Source: Chrysomallon squamiferum
Taxonomy: Eukaryota > Animalia > Mollusca
DNA: 64,000 nt
Direction: 5' to 3'
Assembly: GCA_012295275.1 (NCBI GenBank)
Contig: CM022665.1
Span: forward strand, 13,702,001-13,766,000
Of this stretch, positions 59,263 through 64,000 are shown piece after piece; within the stretch, counting starts at the first letter, position 1; each line of letters starts with the position of its first letter. Under the pieces are notes generated by a model, which was not told where the DNA came from, searched no databases, and saw only the letters and a list, made by a program, of their open reading frames with translations. The position numbers were made by a program, and so were the translations under genes.

Positions 59263-59877
59263 TTTCTGTTCTTAAAAATAATCATACCAGCGATTTGTAC
59301 ACCAGAATTTCAGGTCTTTTCATTTTAATAACAATTTTTATTTTCTTCAAATGGATTTCGGGAAAGCTATTGTTATGATAATAACAATAAGAAGAAGAAC
59401 AGCCGCCACCACTGTCATCATCATAAATATTTTATACCATACATATGTCACGCAAATGCTTTTCCTTTCCTTTTAACTAATGTATTTACCTCGACAATGG
59501 AAGAGCGAGAACATTTAAGCCTATCGAGTTTGAAAACCTGCCTGCTTACCTGTGATGTGTTTCCAGATGTAAATTATAAACGTTAAGAGAAATTTAAGTT
59601 AAAGCAGCTGTAGACACCTATCCACGTCGCCAGTCGCCTCGGGGGGTGTTACGACTCAGCTTGTCAAAGTCGTAAATTTTTATCTTCGAGGTTTTAGTAA
59701 TTTATGAATATATCATTATACAACATTTAAAAGAGTAAATTTTGTTTTCAAACTTTAACCAGTAGTATCCTAGATGTAGGGGATTACGACCTTGTTGACT
59801 TTCCCTTTATGTAAAATGTTTCGTTTATTTATTTTATTTTATTTTATTTATTTATTTTGTTTTTTTGTATAAAAGAC

Positions 59878-59965
59878 AGATGCAGTGGTAAGCCGCTGGA
59901 ATTGGAAGTAACAGGTCACACGATCAGTCCTCCGTAGAGTGATTATATTTCTTATCAGCCAATTA
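59878..59965 (+). mobile_element. Decayed tRNA-derived SINE head
   Basis: cagtggtaagccgct (A-box-like), ggtcacacgatcagtcc (decayed B-box region), tatttcttatcagcca. Confidence 0.4.
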
Positions 59966-59979
59966 AGCACCCCTACTCC

Positions 59980-59981
<2 letters not shown>

Positions 59982-60069
<88 letters not shown>
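59982..60069. repeat. Long perfect (AG)n microsatellite
   Basis: Direct read, about 88 bp uninterrupted. Confidence 0.97.
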
Positions 60070-60075
<6 letters not shown>

Positions 60076-60275
60076 AATAATCCGTCGTACGGCTAGTTGG
60101 TTTCCACATTATAATTATATCAAGTTTGTATGTTTGACAACTTTAATTAATATAGTAATGTTGTTTATTAAAACGAAATAATAAAAATGTAACATAACAC
60201 CTTTGTATAATTTTCTTTATTATAATACAATTCTTACTTAAGTGACGTTATCTTAAAATATAATATTTTCTTATG

Positions 60276-60308
<33 letters not shown>

Positions 60309-60333
60309 TTTAAAGGGTAACAAATTATATATA

Positions 60334-60364
<31 letters not shown>

Positions 60365-60964
60365 CCAGAAAAGAACCGAAATTCTGTTTTTCAAAAATGG
60401 ACCTAAAAGTTTTATTTTTTAAAAACAGGGCTACACGTATTCATAAACATAAATTAGTTTAATACATATTTATTTAGTAATTCATTTATCTAGTTAGTTT
60501 GTTGCATTACATAACAGATACAAGCTTAACAGTACGTACCACAAAATAAATAACGTACAAATCTTCTTTTAAAATTGCACAATTACAACATATAAACTTA
60601 TTCTCGAACATCAGCTACAAACTTTTTTTCAAAAAGAAGACCACGCCTGTGCTAATAATATAGCCTATACATCGATCACTAACTCAAATCCACCACATTT
60701 GCATATTAGCACATATTAAGCTGCCATAGCTACGGGGAATAACCAGTAAAAACTGCATGAGATGAGTCGACTTTGATCGTGCTTGTCCGCCTTCGCCGAC
60801 CTTGTAAAAATAGCTTGAGGCGGCCATTACAGTTAAGATGTTCCAAGATTTCATGTTAAAATTGATCGATATTCCAAATAAGTAGTTACGCAATCAGTTA
60901 TTTCGAACTTAATAACATTAAATTAATTACGTTCAATGATGTTTACGAACTGCTGTATGTTTTT

Positions 60965-61030
60965 ACACACACACACACAACACAACACAACACAACTCAA
61001 CACAACTCAACACAACATAACACAAACACA

Positions 61031-61062
<32 letters not shown>
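60965..61062. repeat. Compound (CA)n/(CACAA)n microsatellite
   Basis: Direct read. Confidence 0.9.
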
Positions 61063-61065
<3 letters not shown>

Positions 61066-61827
61066 AGGGGGGAATTAAGTCTATCTCAGACAGTAAGAAA
61101 CAGGGTTTAATGCATTGTAGTCAGCACCACGTCCTTGAATTATTGCGGTCTTACAGTAGTTGTAATACTTTATTAGTAGTAAAGGTTAATCTGAAGTTAC
61201 AATACAATTAAATCGTTTGAAAGAACATAATATGTTTTAGTACTAGTTGTCTGTTCGTACCACTAAATGTGCTTTTTCAATAATTTTAACAGATCATATC
61301 TCTAAATATTTATATTTAGCTGTTTGGTAGGAAGGGACGTGGTTCAGTGGTGAATCAGCTGCGCATATACAATACAAATAACGTACAGTTTTACATACTT
61401 GCCTTCTATAATTGTAATGTAATTAATTACCTTAGCCATGTCTAGGTCTTCAGATATGGTCGTTTAAGAAATTATCACAGAGATGCGTGTTGTCTTTGAT
61501 GTTAATTACCACAGACTTGTAAACCCTGGTAATGACAAATAGACCTGTCTTACACGTGCAGTACATAGAGTTCAAGCGAAACCAGCTTCTATGTTACAGA
61601 TATTAAATTTCGAGACTCATTACGGCTTGCGTGATGAGTACATATCACATTTCCATAATTTTGTTTAGGTCTTATCAGAAGAAATAATATTTCTTGATAT
61701 ATCAGTGCGATTAAGTCGACCCCATATAAATTTCTGCGAACGGGCCTACATATTATATCAATTATATTAAATCACAATAGAACAATGGACGGACTCAAAA
61801 CATTTCACTGAACACACAGACACACAG

Positions 61828-61859
<32 letters not shown>

Positions 61860-62209
61860 TGTCTACTGTATAATAATAACAACAACAGCAACAAGAATAA
61901 TAATAATAATTTAAGCTTAAAAGTTTATACATAAATTTTAAATAAACTGTAGTCACGTGATAACTCAGCTGCAATAATTATATGCGTGCGTAACTGCATG
62001 TGTATACGTGATGATTTTGGTTTATTAAATAGTTTCATTCAGTTCCTATTATAATTATTGTCGATTATTATTTGACTTTTTTTCCCCTCAAAAATTATAT
62101 ATGTGCCGTCGAAACCTATATAATATTCAATTCAAATGCAGTTACGGCGAAGGAAGACTGAGTACTGATGTTTAGTCTTGGTATCAGTAGTCTTATCTGC
62201 GATACAACT

Positions 62210-62240
62210 CCATTTTTGACTTCCGGTATTTACTTCCTGT
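62210..62240 (+). promoter_or_regulatory. CDC37 proximal promoter: tandem ETS/GABP-type sites with a YY1-like CCATTTT
   Basis: CCATTTTTGACTTCCGGTATTTACTTCCTGT lies 47-77 nt upstream of the ATG. An E-box GTCACGTGA is at 61952-61960. Confidence 0.55.
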
Positions 62241-62286
62241 TTTCTTTTTTTTTTTTTTGGACTGTGCAGTTAGCCTTTCGCGAAGA

Positions 62287-63476
62287 ATGTCAATAAATTA
62301 CAGCAAGTGGGACCACATTGAGGTAGGTTAATAACAGACATAATTACTGACATAAACATGGAAATATATACGTATTAGAAATGTAAGTATATCAATGTTA
62401 TACTTGATTGATTTTGTTTTGAATTTTTCTTTATTTTGGGGAACCTTCTGGAACTTTCCTTAGGAAATTCCTATGGACCGTGGAAGTTGGATTTCAAAAT
62501 TGACAGTATAATAAATAAATAAATTAATTAATTAAAATAAGTAAGAAACAAAATTGATTCATTTTGTTTTTGATAGTTGACAATATACTTTACATAAATG
62601 TATTTCAACTATTTGTTAAACATTCAAATGTAAATAAAACGATCTTCATTTGACGATTTGTCATATGTTTACACATTTAAAATTTTTATTATAGTTAAAA
62701 ACATTGATCCTGGTTTAATACATTACCAACTGCTGGATGGGCAGTTAATACAAGTTCGTCTGTTGACTCCAGTTGGCACTGACACAATATATTATTATTA
62801 TTATTATCGTTTTGTTTTTAAATGAATATGAAATCAAAAGAAGCTTTTATGGAAAAAAGTCTAAATCAGTACTGTTTTAGATGTAATTTAATATTGCAGG
62901 TCTCTGATGATGAAGATGACACACACCCTAACATTGACACGGGTAGTTTGTTCAGATGGCGACATCAAGCTCGCATTGAACGAATGGAACAACAGAAAAA
63001 GAAAAAAGAAGAAATACTGCAGCAGAAACAAAGGTATTTATATGTTAGTGTTAATGATGCTTTAAAAATAATAAATTATCCACATTATACTTAAAAAAAA
63101 TAAAATAATAATGAATAATAATAATTGAGTCCAGTGATTCAAGGAGAAACTAAATCATTACTGAAAACTTGTTTTTATTCTTGTTCTCATTTTTCTAAAG
63201 TTCACTTGTATACATAGATATATATGTTTTTGGTTTTCACTTTCATGGTACATATTCTGGTAGATTTCGTTTTAATGAATATCATACATATGTTAACTTT
63301 ATTATCAAAAGATAAAAGTAAAGACCTTTTAATGCAAGCATTCAGATTAATTTTTATTAGCACTTCATCAACAGTTTATTGAAAATATAATTATGTTATT
63401 AATGTTTCATACTATTTTGTTAAACAGTTATCAGGCAAGAAAGAATGAAATGAAACAAAAAATAAAGGAGGCTGAG
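62287..63476 (+). CDS. CDC37: Hsp90 co-chaperone Cdc37, first three exons (3' partial; continues beyond the window)
   Basis: Exons 62287-62322, 62900-63033, 63428-63476. Diagnostic N-terminus [41 protein letters not shown], including the CK2-site SDDE and HPNID. Confidence 0.96.
62440..62459. promoter_or_regulatory. Perfect four-unit heat-shock element in CDC37 intron 1
   Basis: gGAAc cTTCt gGAAc tTTCc = four alternating nGAAn pentamers, about 120 bp after exon 1. Confidence 0.7.
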
Positions 63477-63641
63477 GTAATAACATTTCAGAATTATTTT
63501 GGTTAACTTTTTATTATTAATATCATATTCGAACGAAGTATTACTTAGTTGAAACCAAATAAATACAGAATTTTAAGCATTCATACATTCATTAAGATAA
63601 TATTTTGATTTATTTAAAAAAAAAAAAATTATATAGATATA

Positions 63642-63941
63642 CAGTGGTACCTTGACTTACGAGTGTCCCAATGTATGAGTTTTTCAAGTTACAAGCAGTC
63701 GCCCAGTCAATTTTTTGTTTTGAATTGCTAGCCAAAATTCGAGTTACAAGCGAGCTTCAGATACACCGCTGCTGGTTGGTTAAATGAACAATATAACATG
63801 GAGGGGTTTTGGGGGGCTGGAATGGATTATTGGTATTTCAATTAATTTCAGGTGGGAAAATTGATTTGATATATGAGCAAATTCAAATACGAGCTCAGCC
63901 TCAGAACAAATTAAATTCGGATTTTTTAAAAATCATTACTG
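63642..63941. mobile_element. Tigger/pogo-type MITE in CDC37 intron 3
   Basis: Starts TA|CAGTGGTACCTTGACTTACGAG (typical pogo-family TIR) with internal TTACAAG/TACGAG subrepeats. About 300 bp; right end degenerate (...attaaattcg...cattactg). Confidence 0.65.
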
Positions 63942-64000
63942 ATTAATTATTTATGTACTAAAATGACAGATTATTATTGTTTTTTAATTTTTGGATACTT

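Noticed and set aside
61334-61360. tRNA gene candidate (GGGACGTGGTTCAGTGGTGAA, A-box-like)
   Set aside because: No B-box, T-arm or cloverleaf follows; better explained as a truncated SINE head.

Overview
AT-rich, intron-rich animal genomic DNA; the repeats suggest a lophotrochozoan, probably a gastropod mollusc (inference). No prokaryotic features are present. I reconstructed spliced gene models by hand, with reading phase checked across every junction. In order: the 3' end of an unidentified gene (+), GDP-L-fucose synthase GFUS/TSTA3 (+, 9 coding exons, one U12-type intron), ERAD E3 ligase SYVN1/HRD1 (-, 14 exons), a Speedy/RINGO CDK activator (+, head-to-head with SYVN1), a probably membrane-anchored M14 zinc carboxypeptidase (-), TIPRL (+), an uncharacterised class I methyltransferase with a CxxC motif (+), an orphan coiled-coil gene (-), and the first 3 exons of CDC37 (+). 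Introns and intergenic DNA hold a full-length Tigger/pogo fossil, a Tc1 remnant, a Tigger-type MITE, decayed tRNA-derived SINE-like copies and microsatellites. The best leads are the uncharacterised methyltransferase, the SYVN1-Speedy divergent pair (which I recall also in human), the U12 intron, the atypical carboxypeptidase and a perfect 4-unit heat-shock element in CDC37 intron 1. I found no evidence of a new multi-gene system. Most short ORFs in the supplied track are spurious or are exon fragments.
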